DNA of 38,342 nt from positions 1 to 38,342 of the IMG/VR virus record IMGVR_UViG_3300043414_000577, one strand, 5' to 3'. Below, in pieces: positions 7,366-14,420 of the stretch; position 1 is the stretch's first letter, and each line of letters begins with the position of its first letter. A program made the translations under genes and the position numbers. The notes under the pieces were generated by a model that ran no database searches, was not told the DNA's origin, and saw only the letters and a program-made list of their open reading frames with translations. Origin of the DNA: a virus (taxonomy: Duplodnaviria; Caudoviricetes).

Positions 7366-7546
7366 GTCATCAAGATTTATGGAGTATCTAAAGATACATC
7401 TAATTAGTTTAGAACAAGACTTAGAAGAGATTGATTATGTAAATGGTCATCATTTCTATAGAGTTAAACAAGCAGAGATTGAGAATACCAGGCATATATT
7501 GTCAGTGGCTACTGATATAATGAACTCTACTAACGAAAGGGTATAA
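7358..7546 (+). CDS. Hypothetical protein
   Basis: GGGAG RBS; 62 aa. Confidence 0.7.
   Translation: MNRSSRFMEYLKIHLISLEQDLEEIDYVNGHHFYRVKQAEIENTRHILSVATDIMNSTNERV
7500..7521 (+). promoter_or_regulatory. Early-type promoter P9, inside a CDS
   Basis: TGTCAG-N10-TATAAT with extended TG; leader TAACGAAAGGG. Confidence 0.7.
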
Positions 7547-7547
7547 A

Positions 7548-7814
7548 ATGAATGCAGAAGATATTGGGCTCCCGCCCCATTTGCAACGTATGGTAAATGC
7601 TGGAGTATCGGGCCTTGACATTATGCACGGAGAACTAAAGAATCTAATGCTCATTGCTGAGCAGGAATTAGCAGAAGCACAAGCAATTGAAGATGAATCA
7701 GAAGAAGCAATGGATTCTATGGACCGCACAAGATGTGAAGGTGCCCTTGATACATTAGTATCCTTATATAAACTAACATATGATTTATCATTTGCGATTG
7801 GAGCAAAACAATAA
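7548..7814 (+). CDS. Hypothetical helical protein
   Basis: GAAAGG RBS. Confidence 0.8.
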   Translation: MNAEDIGLPPHLQRMVNAGVSGLDIMHGELKNLMLIAEQELAEAQAIEDESEEAMDSMDRTRCEGALDTLVSLYKLTYDLSFAIGAKQ

Positions 7815-8167
7815 TGGACCTACAAGAGAAGACCCGTATGCAAGACACGTACCAGGATATTGAAGATATCATTGAAAGAATAAGCAAACTTCCTGTTGGA
7901 CTTCCCCTTGTTTGGGTATATGCTTGGGATGTTGCTAGGGACCTGTACACAAGTATTCAAGAGGGTGCCGAGGAAGAGTACTGCGTCTCAGAGGACATAG
8001 AGGACGTATGGCAGATGTTCTGGGAGGACGCCGATAAGAATGGCTTCTCACTACAGTATGGCGCAGAAGACCTCCACGAGGCTATTAGAGACTGGATGGT
8101 TGATCGGAACATCATTGATGAGGTTCCTGAAGATGATGAGGAAGAGGACGAAGATGAAGATGAGTGA
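7814..8167 (+). CDS. Highly acidic hypothetical protein
   Basis: TAATG coupling; poly-D/E C-terminus. Confidence 0.8.
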   Translation: MDLQEKTRMQDTYQDIEDIIERISKLPVGLPLVWVYAWDVARDLYTSIQEGAEEEYCVSEDIEDVWQMFWEDADKNGFSLQYGAEDLHEAIRDWMVDRNIIDEVPEDDEEEDEDEDE

Positions 8168-8321
8168 CGAATATATCAATGATCGATTAAACGTAGCCCA
8201 AAAGCTTTTGTGGGGTGGATCCGAAACTGAGAACATTGAGGCCCATAACATCATTGCTAAATTAATCAGTGATAGGGAAGAAGATCTCTACCGAGGGCCA
8301 AGTTTTGGGTTTACGAAGTAA
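8160..8321 (+). CDS. Small hypothetical protein (MSDEYINDRL...)
   Basis: Overlaps the upstream stop; start chosen at the last in-frame ATG of the 8040 ORF. Confidence 0.6.
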   Translation: MSDEYINDRLNVAQKLLWGGSETENIEAHNIIAKLISDREEDLYRGPSFGFTK

Positions 8322-8338
8322 AGTAGAAAACTCCTGAA
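8294..8338 (+). repeat. Tripartite element copy F
   Basis: AGGG-N13-TTACG-N15-CTCCTGAA. Confidence 0.8.
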
Positions 8339-8343
8339 GGCTA

Positions 8344-8372
8344 TTTACAATTTCGTGAATAGTTGATATACT
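8344..8372 (+). promoter_or_regulatory. SigA-type promoter
   Basis: TTTACA-N17-TATACT with extended TG. Confidence 0.6.
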
Positions 8373-8404
8373 TAATAAAACATCTCTTGAAAGGGGATTA
8401 TCAA

Positions 8405-8551
8405 ATGGCAACAAAGCGTGAATATCTCAAGCAGCAAGGCATTACAGTTGGTGTACGTGGGCGCTTCTCAGGAGCAGCCAAGGTAGCTCTAGCTGAGGCG
8501 ACAGCCAAGGGCATTACATTTACTGCAGAGCCAGTCAACAAGGCTAAGTAG
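8405..8551 (+). CDS. Lsr2-like DNA-binding domain protein (stand-alone, 48 aa)
   Basis: REYLKQQGITVGVRGRFS resembles the Lsr2 C-terminal REWA...G..V..RGRI AT-hook-like motif. Confidence 0.75.
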   Translation: MATKREYLKQQGITVGVRGRFSGAAKVALAEATAKGITFTAEPVNKAK

Positions 8552-8583
8552 TTCCAGGGACGGGGTCGGGGCTTCATTGGTCC

Positions 8584-8612
8584 TTGACCTCGTCCATTAT
8601 TTTTGATACAAT
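8584..8612 (+). promoter_or_regulatory. SigA-type promoter
   Basis: TTGACC-N17-TACAAT with extended TG. Confidence 0.6.
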
Positions 8613-8635
8613 AGACAGTTAGGCGAGAGGCGGAT

Positions 8636-9007
8636 ATGAAAAAGACAGAAGAAATCAAAGTAGCAGAATCACTAGTTAATCTAATGGATGACCATTGGTT
8701 TAGTCCAACAATTTTTGGACATTATCTAGCAGAACAACCGCTATATACACTTGACCGTATTATGGAAATGATTGTATCAGTTATATCAGAACAAGCAAAG
8801 ATGTATGAGTTCTATTCAAATAGAGGAACATCAACCGAAGGTCTGATGTTAGCCAATGAATTGAATGAATGTATCAAGGCTTATCAAGAGAGTAATGAAT
8901 TACAACATCTCAAACTTCCTGCCCGTTATTTTAAAGTTCCAAAGCGGGAGGAACCAGTAAGACCAAACATATTTGGGTGGAAAGAAGAAGAAGATCCATT
9001 CAATTAG
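8636..9007 (+). CDS. Hypothetical protein
   Basis: GAGG RBS; 123 aa. Confidence 0.8.
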   Translation: MKKTEEIKVAESLVNLMDDHWFSPTIFGHYLAEQPLYTLDRIMEMIVSVISEQAKMYEFYSNRGTSTEGLMLANELNECIKAYQESNELQHLKLPARYFKVPKREEPVRPNIFGWKEEEDPFN

Positions 9008-9072
9008 ATATAGGCATACATACAATGAATAATAGAATGCCTGGTTAGATAGATAAACATATCTAGCCCAAA

Positions 9073-9105
9073 TTATCCACAGGGTTATCCACATCCTGTG
9101 GATTT
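9073..9105 (+). promoter_or_regulatory. DnaA box cluster
   Basis: Perfect TTATCCACA at 9073-9081 and 9085-9093; inverted degenerate TGTGGATTT at 9097-9105. Confidence 0.6.
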
Positions 9106-9123
9106 TTTGTATGTGTGGGCATG

Positions 9124-9168
9124 AGGGCCAAATTTCCTATTTACGACCATATGATCCAAACCCCTGAA
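9124..9168 (+). repeat. Tripartite element copy G
   Basis: AGGG-N13-TTACG-N15-CCCCTGAA. Confidence 0.8.
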
Positions 9169-9180
9169 GCTTCTAGCATG

Positions 9181-9225
9181 TGGGCAAATTTTTCTATTTA
9201 CGAGGCCTTGACAAAAACCCCTGAA
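9181..9225 (+). repeat. Tripartite element copy H
   Basis: TGGG-N13-TTACG-N15-CCCCTGAA. Confidence 0.75.
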
Positions 9226-9470
9226 AATGCTACAGAATATGTCTAATTAGATATATAATCATTATAGAATGTCGACAAATCTGTAGAGAATATGGCAAAA
9301 TAGATCAAAATTCCTCATGAAATCTATTGACAAATATGGATAAATATGCATGCATGTATGCCCAAATGAATAGACATTACGATACGTTATGTATTAAGGA
9401 TGCGTCATTACATAGATATGTTTAACTATATATAACTATAGTATATGATATGTTATCTAGAGTATATATT

Positions 9471-9496
9471 CTCCACTATACTCCACTTTGCTCCAC
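9471..9496 (-). promoter_or_regulatory. MraZ-type operator: three GTGGAG direct repeats with 4-nt spacers
   Basis: Minus strand reads GTGGAG-CAAA-GTGGAG-TATA-GTGGAG. Confidence 0.55.
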
Positions 9497-9553
9497 ATAT
9501 AAAGCCTTCCAGAGGCTCTTAGAGAGGAGATAAAAGGGAGGGGGATATAGGAG

Positions 9554-10156
9554 TTAGCTGTTAATTTGTGCTATATCTGTAGGTTCACAGAGATTGGCAT
9601 TACATCCACAGAGTTCTTGATCATCTCTGACTTTGCTACGAATGTTATCTAAATAGTAATTTCCAGCAGAATCAGCATTAATCCAATCAGACATTGTTTG
9701 TGGGTCTATATTCTGATACATTATATCTTTGCCATTTAACACTAAATGAACCATGTATCCTATGCCTAGTATGTATTTGTATCTTATGGGTCCTGATGAG
9801 GATTCTATCTTCCCTTTGGATCCCCCGCCTGAGTTAATTGCTTCAACATCATCTGGCTCTACTTCGGTTATATCTACGCCAAGCTCTTCAGCAATTCCTT
9901 CTAATTCAGCCCATTCTGATTCATTTGGATAGTCATCTACAAACATCTCAGCATCACCTAAATTAAGGTCATATGTTTCCATTGCAGTAGCGATCAAATC
10001 TTGAGTATCATAATCACTATAATTGTCGACAATATTAGATGCATCGTCTTTAGTTATATTAAACTGATCAGTGAGCTCTTTAATTCTCAGAGCACGTTCT
10101 TCAAGGTATGAGTCAGATATATCTTTGATCATATCAGCAATTAGGATCTTCTTCAT
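9554..10156 (-). CDS. Acidic protein with C-terminal KTSC-like domain
   Basis: Y.NIDP...DWINADSAGNYYLDNIRSK matches the KTSC pattern; leaderless promoter TAGAAT-N6-ATG. Confidence 0.65.
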   Translation of the reverse strand: MKKILIADMIKDISDSYLEERALRIKELTDQFNITKDDASNIVDNYSDYDTQDLIATAMETYDLNLGDAEMFVDDYPNESEWAELEGIAEELGVDITEVEPDDVEAINSGGGSKGKIESSSGPIRYKYILGIGYMVHLVLNGKDIMYQNIDPQTMSDWINADSAGNYYLDNIRSKVRDDQELCGCNANLCEPTDIAQINS

Positions 10157-10171
10157 ATGTCTATTCTACCA

Positions 10172-10354
10172 TTATTTACAGGACATGCAATAATATGGAA
10201 CACGAAGCTGATCTGGACTAATATATCCTGATCGAGCACATTTGGAGCAGACAACCTTAACTAGATCTGATTCTGCTATATCCAGAGTGAATGACCTTGT
10301 ATAGTAGTATTTCGTTATATACCATGTAGTGGCTATTAGTAGTATTTCTATCAT
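10172..10354 (-). CDS. Membrane-anchored zinc-finger protein
   Basis: GGAGG RBS before MIEILL; hydrophobic N-terminus; CSKC...CMSC. Confidence 0.7.
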   Translation of the reverse strand: MIEILLIATTWYITKYYYTRSFTLDIAESDLVKVVCSKCARSGYISPDQLRVPYYCMSCK

Positions 10355-10373
10355 TTCTTGGCCTCCCCGCCGA

Positions 10374-10616
10374 TTACATCCATCTTGCTCTATAAAACCT
10401 AATATCATTTACGATATTCTGAGTCTCAAATCCTTGCTCAGTTGATACCCTAGTAATTGCTGATGTATTCATAGCAACTCCTGCTTTTCTAGCTTTTACC
10501 CTAGGGTTTTTACTTACTCGTAAAGGGATCTTTTCAGGCCATAAGCCTGATGCCTTCATTTCTCTTTCCCATTTGGCTAATTCTTTTCTAGTTGGAAATC
10601 CGTCTTTACTTGGCAT
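10374..10616 (-). CDS. Basic hypothetical protein
   Basis: TAATG-coupled ORF. Confidence 0.7.
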   Translation of the reverse strand: MPSKDGFPTRKELAKWEREMKASGLWPEKIPLRVSKNPRVKARKAGVAMNTSAITRVSTEQGFETQNIVNDIRFYRARWM

Positions 10617-10792
10617 TATCTATTAGGTCCTAAAAATGGAGTTATTCCAATATCATCATCTTCCGACCATTTGCCAGTAGAGAATCCCACTTCTCGCTCA
10701 TCGTCCATAGTGCCACAACTAGAGCATGTGACTTGACCATCCAGGTCTAACTGAAAGTCATGTCCATACTTAGTGCATATTGAATCGCTCAT
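10616..10792 (-). CDS. Small Cys/His protein (58 aa, MSDSICTKYGHDF...CSSCG)
   Basis: Leaderless TATAAT-N6-ATG; C-x4-H...C-x2-C. Confidence 0.7.
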   Translation of the reverse strand: MSDSICTKYGHDFQLDLDGQVTCSSCGTMDDEREVGFSTGKWSEDDDIGITPFLGPNR

Positions 10793-10914
10793 ATAGCAAT
10801 TATACTATATGGATGTAGTTCTAGTCAACTACTTTATGTGGATCCTGTATTGCCAATTCTAGGTCAGAATCTTCAAACTCTATATAAGCTTCAAGGTTAT
10901 CTAATATACCCATA

Positions 10915-11139
10915 TTACTTATTTCTTGGTATTAGTGTTTGTGGACCTTCTGTGCCAAATAGGGACTTCTTAATAGGTACGCAGTTAGGAACTCTCTTAC
11001 CGTTCTTATCCTTCATTCCTACCTGCTTGTAGCCGCTCCAACAAGCCTTCTCCATATTGTCCCATTTGTCTTCATCTGGGTTATCAGACTCATATCCCTT
11101 TGAGATCTCTTCATCTGATGGTACATTAATATCAGTCAT
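10915..11139 (-). CDS. Small protein with CWxGY...K.K.G..VPNCVP motif
   Basis: Disulfide-like motif recurrent in aquatic phage proteins. Confidence 0.7.
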   Translation of the reverse strand: MTDINVPSDEEISKGYESDNPDEDKWDNMEKACWSGYKQVGMKDKNGKRVPNCVPIKKSLFGTEGPQTLIPRNK

Positions 11140-11326
11140 TTACTTTCTCCATCTTCTTGCCAATCAATTCGGCTTTCTTCCTTACCTTTTCAGCCGAGGC
11201 TATAGTCTTCTCTATAGATGTCTGAAAGGACTTACACATCTTACATAAATCTAACATATCTGGGTAATTGGCCCAGGCTGCTTTATTTGTTTCTATCGAG
11301 CATGTCTTGCACATTGGTGTAGCCAT
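11132..11326 (-). CDS. Zinc-finger / coiled-coil hypothetical protein
   Basis: CKTC...CKMC followed by a charged helix. Confidence 0.7.
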   Translation of the reverse strand: MATPMCKTCSIETNKAAWANYPDMLDLCKMCKSFQTSIEKTIASAEKVRKKAELIGKKMEKVND

Positions 11327-11371
11327 TGCAGTTCTTTCTCTAATTAAAGGGAAGATACCCTTATAGTACTA

Positions 11372-11464
11372 TTATACCTCTGTTGCTTCTTCTTGTGGCT
11401 TTGATCTGTGAAGATCTGGGCAAGTACATTCAGCACAGCAATTATTGTTTAGGTTTTCAGTCAT
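11372..11464 (-). CDS. 30-aa Cys-rich micropeptide (MTENLNNNCCAECTCPDLH...)
   Basis: GGGAG RBS; ATGA coupling. Confidence 0.55.
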   Translation of the reverse strand: MTENLNNNCCAECTCPDLHRSKPQEEATEV

Positions 11465-11586
11465 TGTTTATTCTCCCTTCCTTTATTCAATTCTTTCTTG
11501 ATCTTTCGTATAGCAAGATGGAGCCTAATATATCTAACAGGATTCTTCAAGAAGCGTATAGGGCCTTTTCTTTTCTTTACCATCAT
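11461..11586 (-). CDS. 41-aa very basic peptide (MMVKKRKGPIRFLKNPVRY...)
   Basis: GAGG RBS; ATGA overlap with the nuclease stop. Confidence 0.5.
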   Translation of the reverse strand: MMVKKRKGPIRFLKNPVRYIRLHLAIRKIKKELNKGRENKQ

Positions 11587-12092
11587 TCCTCAATTATATC
11601 ATTAAATGTGTCAACGTAGTTGACTGAATAGTCTCTTCCGCCGCCGAATTCACTATTACTGAAATCAAGTTGTAGTTCATTCTGATCTAGTGTGTAGTAT
11701 TTAATATATCTAACTTCATCTATAATTTTATGGCATAGGGCTGTATCTATCATTTGATCTGAATAGCTATTTGTAATAGGTTTTGCTGAGAAATAAACTA
11801 CATACTTTATATCTTGGTATATGGTTTTAATTAAAGCACCATTGGCCACAGCCTTCTTAACGTTGTCTGTTCTTTGGGCTCCAGGGCGCTTCTTATCGTC
11901 TTTACGGCCACCCTTGGCCTCAACATGAAGTGTTGTCATCTCTTGTCCAGATGCAACAAAATCAACCTCACAGCCTGTTCCAGGCATGTATACGTTCTTC
12001 TTAATAGAAGTAAAGCCACGCTCTTTGAGATCTTGTAGGACAAGGTCCTCAAATTCATCCCCTGAGCGTTTTGATTCAGATTGAAAATTCAT
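11583..12092 (-). CDS. PD-(D/E)XK superfamily nuclease
   Basis: G.EFE...EVDF...HVEAK catalytic pattern. Confidence 0.75.
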   Translation of the reverse strand: MNFQSESKRSGDEFEDLVLQDLKERGFTSIKKNVYMPGTGCEVDFVASGQEMTTLHVEAKGGRKDDKKRPGAQRTDNVKKAVANGALIKTIYQDIKYVVYFSAKPITNSYSDQMIDTALCHKIIDEVRYIKYYTLDQNELQLDFSNSEFGGGRDYSVNYVDTFNDIIEE

Positions 12093-12121
12093 CTCTACTT
12101 TTCCGCTTCACTAATTGCGAT

Positions 12122-12745
12122 CTATATCGCATAATATCTTTCATATAAGATATCTATATTGTTCTGTATATCGTTTATATCTTCTGCATACTTGCTCAAA
12201 ATCATAGACTCTACATCTTCTCGCTCTTGACCTTTTGCCCTAGGGAAATTGCCAAGCTGTGGGTGAAATGCATAGTCGCCAAAATCATTTTCATCTTTTT
12301 TTGCATTTAAAATTATTTCTTCTTTGGTATATCTATCAGTTACATTAAGACTATCAATATTATAGAATTTAACTATTTTGTCAATTGTTTCATTGTGATC
12401 CTCAATAAACCTATGAAATGGTGCTATAAAGAATTTAGGAGAATCTACCAGATAAGATATGTATGCTTTATATCTAGAGATTATTGTTTCTATATTACTT
12501 TCGTGAGGATTATTATCATTAAATAGTTTGTTTTTGTGTACGTAATCTCTAAAAATCTTAGCCGACACTAGAGATGGGAGTGCGTCCCTTACTGGCACTA
12601 TAAACGGGTTATCTTCTTGATGGCCCTTTAAGGTCTCTATTGTGTGTGTTCTAAGAGACTTCAATTCAACATCCATTGACTCGCCTATAGCATAAGATAA
12701 GAATACATTGCCAGACCTTTCAAGTCCGTCTAAATAGACTATCAT
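12122..12745 (-). CDS. Sulfotransferase-like P-loop protein
   Basis: DGLERSGNVFL 5'-PSB-like loop and VPVRD...SLVS 3'-PB-like motif. Confidence 0.6.
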   Translation of the reverse strand: MIVYLDGLERSGNVFLSYAIGESMDVELKSLRTHTIETLKGHQEDNPFIVPVRDALPSLVSAKIFRDYVHKNKLFNDNNPHESNIETIISRYKAYISYLVDSPKFFIAPFHRFIEDHNETIDKIVKFYNIDSLNVTDRYTKEEIILNAKKDENDFGDYAFHPQLGNFPRAKGQEREDVESMILSKYAEDINDIQNNIDILYERYYAI

Positions 12746-13326
12746 TCCCTGTCCTTTCTAAATGCGTCACTTGAAGGGAATGGGACTTCTACTTTACCGC
12801 CGACGAACATTCTTATCTTTTCGCCAATCTTTGGGTCATCTAAGCTAACCTCTAAATAGTTATCTTTGCCAGCAAATAGGTCGTTGATCTTGTTTAAATG
12901 TTTATTTCTTATAAACATTAATTCTGAATCTGTTAAGTCTTTTATTATCTTCTTGCCTGTATTAGAATAGAAATTGCAATAAGCTTCTTCAAATATAAAT
13001 GGATCATTGACATAATCTAATCTCTTAAGCATCCTTCTCATTGAAGCAACCCAATCAGATTCTGACCGTGTTATATTAATAAATTTTGCATCAGGGAATC
13101 TTTCATACAGCCTATCAAATATAAGGCAGGTGGGTATGTCTACGTGTACATCGGTCTCTGGCAGACTGTTGAAGTGTTCTTCAATGCCGTCAGCATCCTC
13201 TTTAAATGATCCTACGGCTACCTTCTGGAATTCATAGAAGTGTGTTGTGGTAAATCCTTGCTGCGACATAAAATCATTAAAGGACTGTGTGCCATTCCTA
13301 CCTAAACTTAAACAAAGAATCTTCAT
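12742..13326 (-). CDS. Sulfotransferase-family protein
   Basis: KILCLSLGRNGTQS, DIP, FPDAKFINITRS..DWVAS motifs. Confidence 0.75.
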   Translation of the reverse strand: MKILCLSLGRNGTQSFNDFMSQQGFTTTHFYEFQKVAVGSFKEDADGIEEHFNSLPETDVHVDIPTCLIFDRLYERFPDAKFINITRSESDWVASMRRMLKRLDYVNDPFIFEEAYCNFYSNTGKKIIKDLTDSELMFIRNKHLNKINDLFAGKDNYLEVSLDDPKIGEKIRMFVGGKVEVPFPSSDAFRKDRE

Positions 13327-13487
13327 TTAATATTCTTTCTAGGCACAACTCTTTTAATCTCATAAAAACATTCAGGGCATTCTCCTACGTGAAGCCAGCT
13401 ACCCGACTCTAGGACAACCATCTCTGTAAGTCTTCCATCTACGCTTTTATTACAAAGAACACAAAAAGCGTTTACGGTTATAGTCAA
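13323..13487 (-). CDS. Small zinc-ribbon protein (54 aa; CVLC...GECPEC)
   Basis: TTG start overlapping the upstream stop; fills the gap exactly. Confidence 0.65.
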   Translation of the reverse strand: MTITVNAFCVLCNKSVDGRLTEMVVLESGSWLHVGECPECFYEIKRVVPRKNIK

Positions 13488-13753
13488 TAGTTATCTGCTT
13501 CCATCAGCCACTGGTCTTCCCATAATCCCATTAGTGATTCGTTACCAATATCATCAAAGTAATAACGTTTGGCGTTACTATTATATGTCCAGCCATACCA
13601 TCTGTCGCCCTCAGACCATGTTAGATTGGTTGGGCCATTCTTTTCATGCTCCCAAACAGATCTATCTACAGATTGATATAACCTTACTTCATCAAAGATA
13701 GCGTGTCTCAATGAGTCCCACCTAAATATTCTATTAATTAGCCAGTTGATCAT
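13484..13753 (-). CDS. Trp-rich hypothetical protein
   Basis: Leaderless TATAAT-N6-ATG. Confidence 0.75.
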   Translation of the reverse strand: MINWLINRIFRWDSLRHAIFDEVRLYQSVDRSVWEHEKNGPTNLTWSEGDRWYGWTYNSNAKRYYFDDIGNESLMGLWEDQWLMEADNY

Positions 13754-13765
13754 ATAATTATTATA

Positions 13766-13903
13766 CTATATGGTTTTGGTAGCGTCAAGGGCCTGTATTT
13801 CATGATATTGAAGATGAAAGTCTAATAAAAGGTGGGTTGTTGCACAAAAACATATGGGGCAGTGTGTAATCCACTGCGATTTATCTTCCCAATATTTAGG
13901 CAT
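13766..13903 (-). CDS. 45-aa C2H2-like microprotein (CPIC...FHLQYH)
   Basis: Overlaps the upstream stop; C-x2-C...H-x3-H. Confidence 0.6.
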   Translation of the reverse strand: MPKYWEDKSQWITHCPICFCATTHLLLDFHLQYHEIQALDATKTI

Positions 13904-14420
13904 CTACCAAGAAATAATGATTGATTATGTTTATTCTTGATCCGCTTTTAACTTCATTTACTCCATGATTTAATAAGAATCCTGGGAACAGGATAGCGTC
14001 TCCTGCCTTCATCTTAAAAGACTCTCCTAGGTTTTCAAAAATTAATTCCCCGCCCTCATAATCATCTGTTATGAATATGTTAAACACTAATGCATTACCT
14101 GGACCAGCGTTAGGGTCTGCTGGATCGTATACATCTACGTGTGGGTCTAGCTTTGATCCAGCATTCATTATGTTGCCGTGCTGTCTATCAAATATAACTT
14201 TCTTTCCCTCAACCTCATAAGCATCTTTAAAATGCGCTAAAGCTTTTTTTAAAAGATTTTCAATAGCATGATCTTTATCTATAAACTTCCACTCAGGAGA
14301 GAATCCCTGAAAGTTATTAAATGGATGATATGTTGGGTTATTTTTTGCGTAATCAAGAATATCTTTTATGTGATCCTTATCTAGAACTGATTCCCAAATT
14401 ACATATTTAGCCTTATCCAT
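13896..14420 (-). CDS. 2OG-Fe(II) oxygenase (prolyl 4-hydroxylase-like)
   Basis: HVD...DDYEGGEL.F...HGVNEVKSGSR. Confidence 0.9.
   Translation of the reverse strand: MDKAKYVIWESVLDKDHIKDILDYAKNNPTYHPFNNFQGFSPEWKFIDKDHAIENLLKKALAHFKDAYEVEGKKVIFDRQHGNIMNAGSKLDPHVDVYDPADPNAGPGNALVFNIFITDDYEGGELIFENLGESFKMKAGDAILFPGFLLNHGVNEVKSGSRINIINHYFLVDA

Noticed and set aside
802-9225. CRISPR array or integron attC interpretation of the repeated element
   Set aside because: Copies are mostly kb apart, lack a contiguous conserved repeat or consistent hairpin (only copy B is self-complementary), and there is no cas gene or integrase in the window.
9360-9404. TTACG at 9377 as a ninth tripartite element
   Set aside because: Neither flanking box is present at the expected distance.
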